This document shows, one piece after another, positions 27,666 to 37,716 of a DNA stretch of 64,000 nt. The notes below the pieces were generated by a model. That model was not told the DNA's origin. It saw nothing but the letters and a program-made list of their open reading frames with translations, and made no database searches. The translations under genes were made by a program, and so were the position numbers. How positions within the stretch are numbered: the stretch's first letter is position 1; every line of letters starts with the position of its first letter. The stretch spans positions 5,558 through 69,557 of the forward strand of contig JAGOVC010000001.1 of NCBI GenBank assembly GCA_018060955.1, read 5' to 3'. This DNA is from Candidatus Woesebacteria bacterium (GTDB taxonomy: Bacteria; Patescibacteriota; Microgenomatia; UBA1400; UBA12028).

Positions 27666-29327
27666 TTAGGGATGGAATACACCATTTAGTCTTTTAGATT
27701 CATCCAACGAATAGGAATAGTTTGATAGTACTGAAGGATCAACAACACAAGGAAATAATGCTACTCCACATCGATCATCCCCGTACACTGGAGTGGTATA
27801 GGGTAATGGCGCGTCTGGACGCTGCTGATATGTCGCTGCCTTGTTGTAAATCGTTTCTACTGGATAAATAAGCTGACTTTTTCGTAATGGAGGGGAAAAC
27901 TCTTTTACAGAGGCAAGAAGAGCAAGCGAAAACAAAATAATTTGTAAAAAATACATTCCAATTTTTGGAATTCTAACTATTCGTTGAAATTGTGACAGAA
28001 TTGCTGCAACAAATAGCGCCAAAAAAGATAGAACCAGCGGCCAAAGGAGTCGAAAATCCGGAGCTGTCTTGTAGGCTGCAATAGTAATTGCAACTTGAGT
28101 CACTAGAGCGATGGTTTCTCTGGACATGATCGTCGACTGTGCTTTTTTTCTCTTTACTACCACTACCAAAATGCAAAGAAGTAGTATTGCCACAATAAGA
28201 ATAATCCAAATTTCAGTTGGAATGGTACGGATAAACATGGAGCTAAACCATACAGTTTCCGAATGAATTGATGGTTGATTAGGATTGTGCCGAGCCCAGG
28301 TATATACAGTGTCTGTATACTCAGCTACTTGGACTGGAGAGAGTGCATTTTGAACTGGCATGCAGGTCTGTTTAATCGGAAACAAAAAACATCCTGATAC
28401 AACAAATGAATAGGCAGACCAGATAATCATTGGGAGTAGAGTAGCGATCCGCGTACGTGGACGAGAGAAAAATGACGGAAGTTGATTTGAAAATAGATGC
28501 GTTCGATACAGTGACTCCAGGATACAAATAAGAGCGAAGGGAAAAAAGAGAACCATGGATATTTTGGTTGTAATACCGAGAAAAAATGCGAGCATGATCA
28601 AAAGACGCCGCTGCTCTAAAAATCCATAGAGGAGCAAGCTGGTCCATATAAAGAGAACAAGTTCTGGGGCTAGGGTAGAGAGGAGAGAAGTCTTCAAAAC
28701 GATGAATAGGAAAGTCAAGCTGAAGAACAGAAACAGCTGACTAGTGGATACAAATTCTTCTTGGTTCTTTTGGGAGTATTTTTCAAAAAAAACAACTAAT
28801 CCAAACATTATAACAAAAAAGACTGAAGGCAAATTAAAACTAGATAGTGTAGGAAGAGATGCTTGCAGAGTTGAAAATACAAATGGAAGACTGGTGGAGG
28901 CCAATCGAATATGCAGTAACGCAAGTCCAGAAACGATAGGGGATTGTGTGATGTTGATAACCGCAGGGATATGGTAGAGAAGAGAGTCATACCAGGTTGT
29001 GGGGAAACTACCAACATAGGCGATAGCGGCTGCAAAACATGATAGCAGTAGCAGTTTTAGGCCATTTTTCTCAACTAGAATTCTCAGTGACGTTGGATTG
29101 AGTAAATGTCGTTGAGAATAAAATAAAATAGTTGCTGGTAGAAGTATGATAAGTCCACTGCTCAAACCTGTAATTGGAATGAAAAAGTTTACAAACAGGA
29201 CCACAGAAAAAAGGAGTCCAATCCCAAGTAGTAATCGCTCAGTTTTGGGTAGTGTAGAATCAACCCAGGTTCCCATCGAAATGGCCGATGCAACCAAGAG
29301 CATTGATAGTATCCAAAGTACTAGCAT
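27666..29327 (-). CDS. Polytopic membrane protein, function unknown; a candidate Wzy-like polymerase, ligase or GT-C.
   Basis: 553 aa, extremely hydrophobic with at least 12 helices. It sits in an operon with the gene at 26410. Confidence 0.7.
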   Translation of the reverse strand: MLVLWILSMLLVASAISMGTWVDSTLPKTERLLLGIGLLFSVVLFVNFFIPITGLSSGLIILLPATILFYSQRHLLNPTSLRILVEKNGLKLLLLSCFAAAIAYVGSFPTTWYDSLLYHIPAVINITQSPIVSGLALLHIRLASTSLPFVFSTLQASLPTLSSFNLPSVFFVIMFGLVVFFEKYSQKNQEEFVSTSQLFLFFSLTFLFIVLKTSLLSTLAPELVLFIWTSLLLYGFLEQRRLLIMLAFFLGITTKISMVLFFPFALICILESLYRTHLFSNQLPSFFSRPRTRIATLLPMIIWSAYSFVVSGCFLFPIKQTCMPVQNALSPVQVAEYTDTVYTWARHNPNQPSIHSETVWFSSMFIRTIPTEIWIILIVAILLLCILVVVVKRKKAQSTIMSRETIALVTQVAITIAAYKTAPDFRLLWPLVLSFLALFVAAILSQFQRIVRIPKIGMYFLQIILFSLALLASVKEFSPPLRKSQLIYPVETIYNKAATYQQRPDAPLPYTTPVYGDDRCGVALFPCVVDPSVLSNYSYSLDESKRLNGVFHP

Positions 29328-29344
29328 GGGAGTTAGTATATCGT

Positions 29345-30280
29345 ATGAGTTTGCAATGGTTATGGAGAATTATTGCAGGAGCACTACTTGTCGTAGTCTG
29401 TCTCTGTGCCTTCTTTATTCCTCAAGTAAACTTTTTGTTGCTCTCTCTACTCTTTCTTATAATCGTTGTTGCGTTGGCAAATTCGAAGTTCTCTTCGACA
29501 ACACTATATTTTTTTGGTCTCGGTACGATTGGATTGATTCTAGCTCTATGCCTTCATTCTTTATTCCCTCAAATTCAATTGAGTAGATATTATCTAGTTT
29601 TCAAATTATATCGGTTTTACACTTTACCGTCCTGGTTCTGGACCTTTCAAGTTTTGATCTTCGTATTTCCAGGTGTCGACCGATGGAGAGAGTTAGCTTC
29701 AAAGGTCCACGCGACAATCTTTTTTAAACAACGAACACCGCTTACTCTCTTACTAGTCGGAATAGTAATTGCTCAACTATTGACGGTTGGATCTCAGTTA
29801 TTTTCGCAGGGCTTGTACACACTAGAACACCGAAGCTTGCTGCCTACACAACGGTATGCGATGCGAAGGTTCGGAGTTGGTGAGTCTGGTTGGTTTTACA
29901 ATGTTGGGCTGTTTTGGCAGAAGGTTATTCCTAAAACTGATAAAGTTACGATTGGAATACCCCCACAAGGGGATCCATGGATTAAGTCGGGAAATATTTA
30001 CTATGTTCAATATTTTGTATTTCCAAGAAAAGTGGAAATGCTTCAAAGAGATATTAAAGAGGTACCCTCAAATGTAACGCATATTGTCATCGCTCGTGGC
30101 GAAACGGATCAAGGCGATTTTGGATGGCCAACTATGGTCATTCCAAAGGAACAAATAGATTGGATAGATGTCTATAATCCCTTTACCAATGAGCAATGGA
30201 AAGTTGAAAATGATGATTACAATCCAGAAGTATTCAAGAGCTATTATGGAGTAATTCATCTGAAGAGGGGTGAACAATGA
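29345..30280 (+). CDS. Membrane-anchored protein with a C-terminal soluble domain; function unknown.
   Basis: Starts at the internal ATG at 29345 (MSLQWLWRII), which avoids overlapping the divergent minus-strand gene. About 5 TM segments are followed by a hydrophilic domain. Confidence 0.6.
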   Translation: MSLQWLWRIIAGALLVVVCLCAFFIPQVNFLLLSLLFLIIVVALANSKFSSTTLYFFGLGTIGLILALCLHSLFPQIQLSRYYLVFKLYRFYTLPSWFWTFQVLIFVFPGVDRWRELASKVHATIFFKQRTPLTLLLVGIVIAQLLTVGSQLFSQGLYTLEHRSLLPTQRYAMRRFGVGESGWFYNVGLFWQKVIPKTDKVTIGIPPQGDPWIKSGNIYYVQYFVFPRKVEMLQRDIKEVPSNVTHIVIARGETDQGDFGWPTMVIPKEQIDWIDVYNPFTNEQWKVENDDYNPEVFKSYYGVIHLKRGEQ

Positions 30281-31620
30281 CATTTCTGTCGTTTGTATTT
30301 CTAGCTTCATTGCATGGATTTGGATCAACAGTCTTAGGATTATTTCGAGTTCCTCAATCATTGCTTCGGTGTGCGGCTGCCTACTTAGTTGGATCTGCAT
30401 TTGCATCGCTGTTGTTTTTCGTAGCCCTAGTTTATGGCCTAGATATTTATCGATCATTTGGGTTGGTTCTAATCTTTGTCGGAGTAGGTGCAGTGTATTC
30501 CTGGGGATCAATAGTCTATTGGAGGGAGATTAAACAGTTGCTTGTAACCGTGCTACCTCGAAATCGAGCTGAGCAAACAGTGTTTTTCCTTATTGCAGCT
30601 CTACTGAGTTTTGTGATCGTAATGAATTATTTTTGGTCCCACACGGACTGGGATGCCATTACGTTGTATGACTATCGAGCACATGTCCTCTTAGAAGTTG
30701 GCTTTTTACGGCCGTTGTTTAAAACGATTCAAGACATTTACTTATTAAGTTACCCATGGCATACCTCTATTCTATTTCTACAGCAATACATGTTAGGAGC
30801 GTGGAATGGAATGGCAATGTTTTCATTATTACTAGTAAGCATGTTGTTTACATTCTTTAGTCTGATTGAGTCGACCATGGGAAGATTCCATGCCTATATT
30901 GCTAGTTTGGCCTTGTTGAGCGTGCCACTAATTTTTGCGCACACGATGATTGCCTACACAAATTTCCCATATATGGTGTACTGGGGTTTGGGAGTTTGTT
31001 GCTTACTTTCTTGGATTTCGAGTAGAAGATTTGAGAATGTGGCTGTGGGGTCGTTATTAATTGCTGGATCGATGTGGATTCGCCAAAGCGAGCCATTTTG
31101 GTTGATTGCAGTACTACTATTACTGTATGGCTGTGTCACATTGCTGCAATGGAAAGCAAGTCTGTGGCTTCTGCCAATTGTGGGGGTATGGAGGGGTTGG
31201 AATCTTTATGTTCATGGAATTCTTAAACAGGTCTTACCACCTACTTCTGCTGAGCTTGCAACCTATGAAAAAGGCGGAAGTATGATGAGCTCTTTATCTA
31301 CACTCCTAGATCTACATCGTTGGGGAAGTGTTTTGGAGCATCTTGTCCGCTATGCTGTTCCGATTTGGGGTCCTTGGGTGTTATTTTTCATCCTCTTGCT
31401 TCTCAGTCAACGGCGAAGCAAAGATCAACTTCCATTGATATTCTCTGTGTTAGCATCTGTAGGCGCGATTGTGTTGGGTACATATTTATTTGCCAATAAC
31501 ACTTATTGGAGCGAAATCGTTGATTCATTTCAGCGTCTTTTGTTATTTGCATTTCCTGTATTCATTTATTCAACGTTTAATGTAATTAAAAGTCCGAAGA
31601 ACACTTATGTTAAAAAATAA
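30277..31620 (+). CDS. Polytopic membrane protein, function unknown.
   Basis: 447 aa with many helices. ATGA overlap with the upstream stop. Confidence 0.7.
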   Translation: MTFLSFVFLASLHGFGSTVLGLFRVPQSLLRCAAAYLVGSAFASLLFFVALVYGLDIYRSFGLVLIFVGVGAVYSWGSIVYWREIKQLLVTVLPRNRAEQTVFFLIAALLSFVIVMNYFWSHTDWDAITLYDYRAHVLLEVGFLRPLFKTIQDIYLLSYPWHTSILFLQQYMLGAWNGMAMFSLLLVSMLFTFFSLIESTMGRFHAYIASLALLSVPLIFAHTMIAYTNFPYMVYWGLGVCCLLSWISSRRFENVAVGSLLIAGSMWIRQSEPFWLIAVLLLLYGCVTLLQWKASLWLLPIVGVWRGWNLYVHGILKQVLPPTSAELATYEKGGSMMSSLSTLLDLHRWGSVLEHLVRYAVPIWGPWVLFFILLLLSQRRSKDQLPLIFSVLASVGAIVLGTYLFANNTYWSEIVDSFQRLLLFAFPVFIYSTFNVIKSPKNTYVKK

Positions 31621-32449
31621 ATGTATTGTCTGCTTGAAGGTAAATGCACCTCTTCTGTTTGTCGCTAAAACTATTCCGTATTATTCCTGTTCACATTGTG
31701 GGCATATATTTTCTACCAGAGTTTTGGAGAAACCGTATGAAGATTATCAACATGTCGAAAAATATGAGAAGTGGAGAGAATACTTGGGAAACGTCTTTTC
31801 TCGACGGGTAACGGACATTCAGAAGTACGTAGAGAATGGGAAAGCGCTTGATGTAGGTTGTTCACTCGGATTCTTTCTAAATGTATTAAAAGCCCACGGG
31901 TTTCAAGCTGAAGGCTTGGAGCCCTCAGCGGATGCTGTGAAGCTTTGCAAGAAGCAGGGTTTGCGAGTCTATAAAGGCTATTTGGGAGATCCGTTGCCCA
32001 AGTCTGGGAACTATGATGTTGTGATTCTTAATCACGTAATGGAGCATTTAAAAGACCCTCGAAAAGGGTGTAGGGATATTTACAAGTATTTAAAACCAGG
32101 AGGTGTAGTGTTCATTGAGAGTCCCAATATAGCTTCGATAGAAGGCATTCTTGGAGGTAAAAATTGGAGATACTTATACCCAGAGGAACATTTTTCTCAG
32201 TTTTCGCCTTCATCACTATCGTACCTACTAACCGATACTGGTTTCCAGTTACTCTCGTGCAAAACATATGCAGCGCTATTTGACTTCTCGGATTTAAAGA
32301 AAGAATTGTTGCGATGTCTTCAAAAAGACCCCAAACGTTTACTTTTTTATGCATGGGAATTTCCGTTATCAGCATTGGAAATGTTGCTGCATCGAGGATC
32401 TGCAGTTTCTTGTATCGCTAGAAAGCCAGAGAAAAAGCTTAAACGTTAA
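31607..32449 (+). CDS. Class I SAM-dependent methyltransferase with an N-terminal CxxC...CxxC zinc ribbon.
   Basis: CIVCLK...CSHCGH, motif I LDVGCSLGFFL, and an acidic post-I residue context. Confidence 0.8.
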   Translation: MLKNKCIVCLKVNAPLLFVAKTIPYYSCSHCGHIFSTRVLEKPYEDYQHVEKYEKWREYLGNVFSRRVTDIQKYVENGKALDVGCSLGFFLNVLKAHGFQAEGLEPSADAVKLCKKQGLRVYKGYLGDPLPKSGNYDVVILNHVMEHLKDPRKGCRDIYKYLKPGGVVFIESPNIASIEGILGGKNWRYLYPEEHFSQFSPSSLSYLLTDTGFQLLSCKTYAALFDFSDLKKELLRCLQKDPKRLLFYAWEFPLSALEMLLHRGSAVSCIARKPEKKLKR

Positions 32450-33008
32450 GTTTCTTCACAATTTTGGCAGGGGATCCCACCGCAACACAAAAATCAGGAA
32501 CTGAGGTTCGAACCACGCTGTTTGCACCGACCACTGCATGTTTTCCAATGGTTACTCCAGGCAAGATAACGGAATTTGCGCCAACCCAGCACCCTTTCTT
32601 CAGACGCACAGGGTTACTTTTCGTAATCCCAGATCGCAGGATGGATTGGTCTAATTGAGTGGTTACATGTGAGTGATCTGAAATAATCACATTTGGAGAG
32701 AGTAAAACGTCCTCTTCTAAAACGACACTACTTGCCGCAGAGATGAAACAAAATCTACCAATATCACACCCATTCTGGATTTCAATGACTGGCTGGGTCT
32801 GGCTGCGTAGTGCATTTAACCAAACTCCAGTTTGGAGATGAATAGAATCGCCGAGGAGTATCGAAGATGCGTTTCGAACACGCACGTTGTCATCAATCGC
32901 CACTCGACTTCCAAATCCCGCATACCTATTCAAATAGCGATGAAGGACATACCGTAGAGCGTGCGAGAGAAGTTCAACTATTCTTTCCATATTTTCCCCA
33001 AGCCACAT
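32439..33008 (-). CDS. Left-handed beta-helix (hexapeptide-repeat) acyl/acetyltransferase.
   Basis: Repeated [LIV]GxxxxI hexapeptides, for example VGANSVILPGVTIGKHAVVGANSVV. Confidence 0.75.
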   Translation of the reverse strand: MWLGENMERIVELLSHALRYVLHRYLNRYAGFGSRVAIDDNVRVRNASSILLGDSIHLQTGVWLNALRSQTQPVIEIQNGCDIGRFCFISAASSVVLEEDVLLSPNVIISDHSHVTTQLDQSILRSGITKSNPVRLKKGCWVGANSVILPGVTIGKHAVVGANSVVRTSVPDFCVAVGSPAKIVKKLNV

Positions 33009-33792
33009 AGAGTGAGACTACACAGTAGTATAACCCCATGAAGAAGCAACTTTTCACTCCAATGAATCCTTGTGTTATTCCCCCGGAAAGTAGGCAAGCA
33101 AGAGTGTGATAGACCCCTAACGGGACTGCGCTAATTGGTGCGTATACCATCCACCGGTAATAATGGGGATAGAGACGTTTTCCAGACTTTGGGAACTGTT
33201 TGATGTCGTCGTGGCTTTTAAGATAATAACTAGCGTGTATCTTTGCCCACTTTTGCCACTTACTCCTAAAAGTATGAAGACTTAAATTATCATAGCCCGG
33301 TCGATGTTCTAGCTGATGAGGAAGATGCATTATGGAGCCGTTGACACGAACGGCTTCGTGCGGCGCACCCAAAAAGTCGATATCTTCAATCCGATAGAGA
33401 AAGAGCTTTCGTGGCCAGTGCCGCGTTGTATATCTAGTACCATCCCAGTAAGGCCAAATTGCAGTGTATGCGCTCACATGATCTTGAATCAGCGCAGGAA
33501 GGGCGCGCAGGAGATCGGTAGATAAAAACTCATCGGCATCAATCTGAAGACAGTATTCTGTTTTCACTTTTTCAAATAGCCATACACGATGTGGTTCGGC
33601 TTCTCCAATGAAATCTCGAGTAAACACGGTGCACCCATATTTTGCACAAATTTGTAGCGACGCATCAGAGCAGGGACCATCGTGAACAACGAGAATATTG
33701 TTTGTAACCTTCACCACACTATCCAAACAGCGCGCCAGAACTTGTTCTTCATCGTGAATCACTAAACACGCAGTAATTTTTGAGGTGAGCAT
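32974..33792 (-). CDS. Family 2 glycosyltransferase; paralog set D.
   Basis: MLTSKITACLVIHDEEQVLARCLDSV...VHDGPCSDASLQICAKYGC...IDADEFLS aligns with the paralog at 51956 (MRDQQSITACIVTHNDGHQIEKCLKSI...THDGPCSDNTLIIAKKYGC). The alignment supports the internal Met start. The ORF track extends to 33864. Confidence 0.75.
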   Translation of the reverse strand: MLTSKITACLVIHDEEQVLARCLDSVVKVTNNILVVHDGPCSDASLQICAKYGCTVFTRDFIGEAEPHRVWLFEKVKTEYCLQIDADEFLSTDLLRALPALIQDHVSAYTAIWPYWDGTRYTTRHWPRKLFLYRIEDIDFLGAPHEAVRVNGSIMHLPHQLEHRPGYDNLSLHTFRSKWQKWAKIHASYYLKSHDDIKQFPKSGKRLYPHYYRWMVYAPISAVPLGVYHTLACLLSGGITQGFIGVKSCFFMGLYYCVVSLYVAWGKYGKNS

Positions 33793-33883
33793 ATCTGATT
33801 CTTTTGAATATAACATGTTGACCAGGAGTATTGTGAGTTTGGTCAGCTCACGATACACTGTCAATGATTCAGCACGTTATCGT

Positions 33884-34951
33884 ATGGCAAGAATAGGATT
33901 AAACCTTTTATTTTTAGTTCCAAATCAGGTTGGGGGCACGGAGTACCTCACGAGAAACTTCATCAACCTGTTGAGAAACGACTCCGCAAATACGTACATT
34001 TTATTCTGTAACCAAGAAAACGCTCCTACATTTACCTTTTCTGCAAAGAATATCTCCAAAGTTGTGTGTTCGGTTCGGGCAAGTAATCGGATCATTCGCT
34101 TACTGTATGAGCAATTCATTCTTCCATTTCAAGTTGCAAACGCTAACTGTACATTGTTGCATTCATTCGGATATACAGCACCATTATTTTTGACATCTTC
34201 ATCGATTGTGACCGTGCACGACGCGAACTGGATAGATCATCCTGAAGATTTCACATTTTTCTCCAGAATGATGACGCACTTCTTAGTGTCGCTAGCATGT
34301 CTGAAAAGTAAAACTATTATCACTGATAGCGATTTTTCAAAACTGCGCCTGAGTACGCATCTGCCATGGGCAAAAAAGAAAATTAAAGTTGTGTCACCTT
34401 TCGTTCCATCAGAAGTCTGCAGTCCGCCGTTTGAACAGTTACCAAAGAAACTAGACGGAACAATATTTGCTTTATGTGTGAGTGCTCATTATCCACACAA
34501 ACAGATTCCATATCTTTTAAAGATGTGGAATCAAGTCCATGCCCTTCAGCCTACTGCGAAGTTAGTACTCGTAGGCCAGCATGGGAAAGATCATCCCAGT
34601 GTACTTAAGCTGATCGCTGACCAAGAATCAGTGATCTATTATCCAAAAGTGAGTTTCCCACTATTAAAGTCCTTGTACCATTTTGCTCATGTCTTTATTC
34701 ACCCGAGCATCTATGAAGGTTTTGGGTATCCTGTTTACGAAGCGGGTGCAAACAACTGTCCAGTGATTGTCGGAAAAAAATCCTTGTATCCCAGTAGAGT
34801 CGCATCGAGATTTCTGGAACTGACTTTTGATGAAAACCAGGATGCAAAGCAAATCATCCCTTATTTACAGTTACCTAGGAAATCTATCAATATTCCTCTA
34901 CCGGCAGCAAATGACTCGCTTAAAACTTTGCTTCAAGTCTATGAAAAATAG
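33884..34951 (+). CDS. GT4-family glycosyltransferase.
   Basis: HPSIYEGFGYPVYEAGANNCPVIV. The internal ATG at 33884 avoids overlap with the divergent GT2. Confidence 0.8.
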   Translation: MARIGLNLLFLVPNQVGGTEYLTRNFINLLRNDSANTYILFCNQENAPTFTFSAKNISKVVCSVRASNRIIRLLYEQFILPFQVANANCTLLHSFGYTAPLFLTSSSIVTVHDANWIDHPEDFTFFSRMMTHFLVSLACLKSKTIITDSDFSKLRLSTHLPWAKKKIKVVSPFVPSEVCSPPFEQLPKKLDGTIFALCVSAHYPHKQIPYLLKMWNQVHALQPTAKLVLVGQHGKDHPSVLKLIADQESVIYYPKVSFPLLKSLYHFAHVFIHPSIYEGFGYPVYEAGANNCPVIVGKKSLYPSRVASRFLELTFDENQDAKQIIPYLQLPRKSINIPLPAANDSLKTLLQVYEK

Positions 34952-36743
34952 AACGCATCCTTTTTCGATAGAGAATACTATTATCGCTGTGGGTTTGGTC
35001 CTGGTAGTACTTGCCTATGTACTTTCTGCTTTCTCCTTATTTCAAGTTGAAGTTCTTCGAGGGATCGGCCTCGCTATTGGAGTTTACTTTTTCATCCAAC
35101 TCGTCTTGCATCATCACAAAATATTGCATACCACTGCATTAAGAATATTTGCTGTGTTTGCACTTATCGCTTTTATTCAAGGTTCTTTTTCAGTTCCTAC
35201 AACGACCGATGCCCATAACTATCACATTCCTCGAGCAATCTATTGGTTACAGAACCATTCGGTATTTCAATCCGTCATCCACACTTCTCATGATTTCATG
35301 GGCCCGTTACCAAGTATTCTGTTATCCCTGATGTATAGTCTCACCAACTCGGATTTGTTGTTGTTTGTTCCGCAGTGGTTAGCCTATGTTGCGATCTTCT
35401 TCTTAATCGGTAGACTTGCAAAACTATTGGAGTACTCTTCAAGACAAATCCAGTCTGCCCAGTTGATATCGTTGAGTATTCCAATAGCGACACTACAGGC
35501 AAGTAGTGTTCAAAGTGATCTACTTGTTGCGGTGTGGGTACTTGTTTCGGTTATTTTTGCTGTTCGGTATCTGAAAGAACAGTCAAAGATTCATTTACTA
35601 TTATGTACACTTTCAGTCTTCCTTGGATTTTTGACGAAAGCCACCATGGTGATTTATGCCGTTATTCCGATCGGTTTGCTTAGTTGGCAGTTCCTCAGCC
35701 ATCGAGAGGACAGGGTCAATATGCTAAAGGTAGGAATGATCGGTTGTTTCATAGGTACTCTACTATGTCTACCGCATTTGCTTCAGAACAATGTACTGTT
35801 TCATTCGTACTTAGGTACCAGTTACACCGTGGATGGGAAGAGCATTCCATTTACCGTAAACAGTTTAAGTATTGCTGGGAGCATAGAAAATGTATATCGA
35901 AATATTTTCATGCACATTCCATTTTTGAGCTTTTCACCAATACTTGATTCGTTGGTAGATGGACTAAAGCCTGTCGGTATTTCAATCGACTTATCTGAGA
36001 CTTCATGGTTCAATTCTGAGTTTTTCCATGCAAGTTTGCCTATTCCACAAGAAGATATTGCGCCTGCTCCATTGCACATGTTGATAATCGGGGTAGCACT
36101 AGTAACCGTAATTCGAAGAAATAAAAAAATTCTCAACAATCAAACACTACTATTTGCGAGTAGTATTTGCGCATTTATCGTTTTTTGTATCGTGTTGCGT
36201 TGGCAGCCTTATCATATACGCCAACAGATGAGTATCATCTTTCTTCTGATAGTGTCAGGTATAGGAGTAATAAATCTCTCAAACAGAGCGTTAAACGTAT
36301 TGTGTACACTCTCTGTAGCAATTGGTCTCGTGGTGATCGTAAGCAACGTGTCACGTCCAATTATTTCGTATCAACCACTTCTTTCAAAGGTTGCAGTTGT
36401 GATACCAGAAGGTTTTTCTCCGCCAGAATCAGTTCTTCGAGGTCGAAATGTAGCCAATTACTTTTTGTCACGTCCGTATTGGCAACCTGCGTACATTGAA
36501 ATGACATCCTATCTGCATGAGAAGAACATCAACAAAGTGGGTTTTACGGGAAGAGAAGGTTACGTGTATCCCTTTATCAAAGTTGCATCTAAACAGAACA
36601 TCGTAGTTGTTCCAGCAGCCGATCCAACATCAAAAGTAAAGGTGGTAGCAGGATTAATTGAGGATCAACAGTTAGAAAAGGCACAATACTGTAGTCAAAC
36701 TGCCGATGCAAATAAAGTCATTTGCGTGTATTTTAATCCCTAG
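34941..36743 (+). CDS. Polytopic membrane protein, function unknown; a candidate polymerase, ligase or GT-C.
   Basis: About 600 aa with at least 12 helices. The internal ATG at 34941 overlaps the upstream stop by 11 nt. Confidence 0.7.
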   Translation: MKNRTHPFSIENTIIAVGLVLVVLAYVLSAFSLFQVEVLRGIGLAIGVYFFIQLVLHHHKILHTTALRIFAVFALIAFIQGSFSVPTTTDAHNYHIPRAIYWLQNHSVFQSVIHTSHDFMGPLPSILLSLMYSLTNSDLLLFVPQWLAYVAIFFLIGRLAKLLEYSSRQIQSAQLISLSIPIATLQASSVQSDLLVAVWVLVSVIFAVRYLKEQSKIHLLLCTLSVFLGFLTKATMVIYAVIPIGLLSWQFLSHREDRVNMLKVGMIGCFIGTLLCLPHLLQNNVLFHSYLGTSYTVDGKSIPFTVNSLSIAGSIENVYRNIFMHIPFLSFSPILDSLVDGLKPVGISIDLSETSWFNSEFFHASLPIPQEDIAPAPLHMLIIGVALVTVIRRNKKILNNQTLLFASSICAFIVFCIVLRWQPYHIRQQMSIIFLLIVSGIGVINLSNRALNVLCTLSVAIGLVVIVSNVSRPIISYQPLLSKVAVVIPEGFSPPESVLRGRNVANYFLSRPYWQPAYIEMTSYLHEKNINKVGFTGREGYVYPFIKVASKQNIVVVPAADPTSKVKVVAGLIEDQQLEKAQYCSQTADANKVICVYFNP

Positions 36744-36747
36744 AAGT

Positions 36748-37716
36748 ATGAAGCTCCAAAAAAAGCAAGCTAGTTGTATTTTTTATGTGATCGCCTTTGG
36801 GAAATCCGATCTAGTATCTCGATGCTTGGATTCATTATCCCGAGTTGTATCAAAAAGCAATATTGTTTTGATTGATAATGCATCAGTGGAATCCTTATCT
36901 GTTGTTGCAAAAAAGTATCAAATCCGTTTAATACGATTGAAGCAAAATAAAGGGTATGCGGGTGGATGTAATGCAGCTGTCGAGGATTTCTTGCACTCTT
37001 CTGCAGACTACATTTGTGTGATGAACAGTGATGTATTTGTCACCAAAGGATTTGTATCGGAATTACAAACCTGCTTTGACTCGGTTGACAATGATGCCTC
37101 AATAGCAATATTTCAACCAGAACTTTATTTCGATGCAGAGTATCAACGCGTCGAAAACACAGGGATTTTGTACTATAAAAGTGGTTTAGCATTTCAAGCA
37201 AATCATCAATCAGCGTACCAGTGCGTAAACGGGGCATGCATGTTCTTACGTCGTTCTGCAATCGAGTATCTTAAGCGAATTGACGGTTTTGTGTTTGAAG
37301 AACTGTATTGGAGTTACGCAGAAGATGTGGAATTATCATTGCGATTGCAGTCAAGAGGGTGGAAAACAGTGGTGTTTAGTTCGTTACAGGCAGTGCATTT
37401 ACAGTCAGCCTCATTTGGAAAACGATCGGCTCGCTCATTGTGGTATTACGCTCGTAATTTGCTTTGGACTCTTTTACTAACGCGTACTACCTCAGAGTTA
37501 ATCATCAGCTTGCCACTCATTCTTTTGGGTCAGATCCGGATTATTTTCGAATTTATTTTGCATGGTAGGCCAGACTACTACTTCTCACTCCTTTATGAGA
37601 CATATCGCAACCGAGACACCTTGCGATTAAAACGTAGACATTGGAAAACTAATCAGATGATTGAATTAGCACATACATATCAATTTGGAGCATTTCCACT
37701 ATGGAGGTTGCAATGA
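36748..37716 (+). CDS. Family 2 glycosyltransferase, rhamnosyltransferase-like; paralog set B.
   Basis: VLIDNASVES, CVMNSDVFV and WSYAEDVELSLRL. The start ATG follows the upstream TAG. Confidence 0.8.
   Translation: MKLQKKQASCIFYVIAFGKSDLVSRCLDSLSRVVSKSNIVLIDNASVESLSVVAKKYQIRLIRLKQNKGYAGGCNAAVEDFLHSSADYICVMNSDVFVTKGFVSELQTCFDSVDNDASIAIFQPELYFDAEYQRVENTGILYYKSGLAFQANHQSAYQCVNGACMFLRRSAIEYLKRIDGFVFEELYWSYAEDVELSLRLQSRGWKTVVFSSLQAVHLQSASFGKRSARSLWYYARNLLWTLLLTRTTSELIISLPLILLGQIRIIFEFILHGRPDYYFSLLYETYRNRDTLRLKRRHWKTNQMIELAHTYQFGAFPLWRLQ

Noticed and set aside
30068-30511. A 147-aa antisense ORF across the 29345/30277 gene junction.
   Set aside because: It overlaps two sense membrane-protein genes joined by an ATGA overlap and is likely non-coding.
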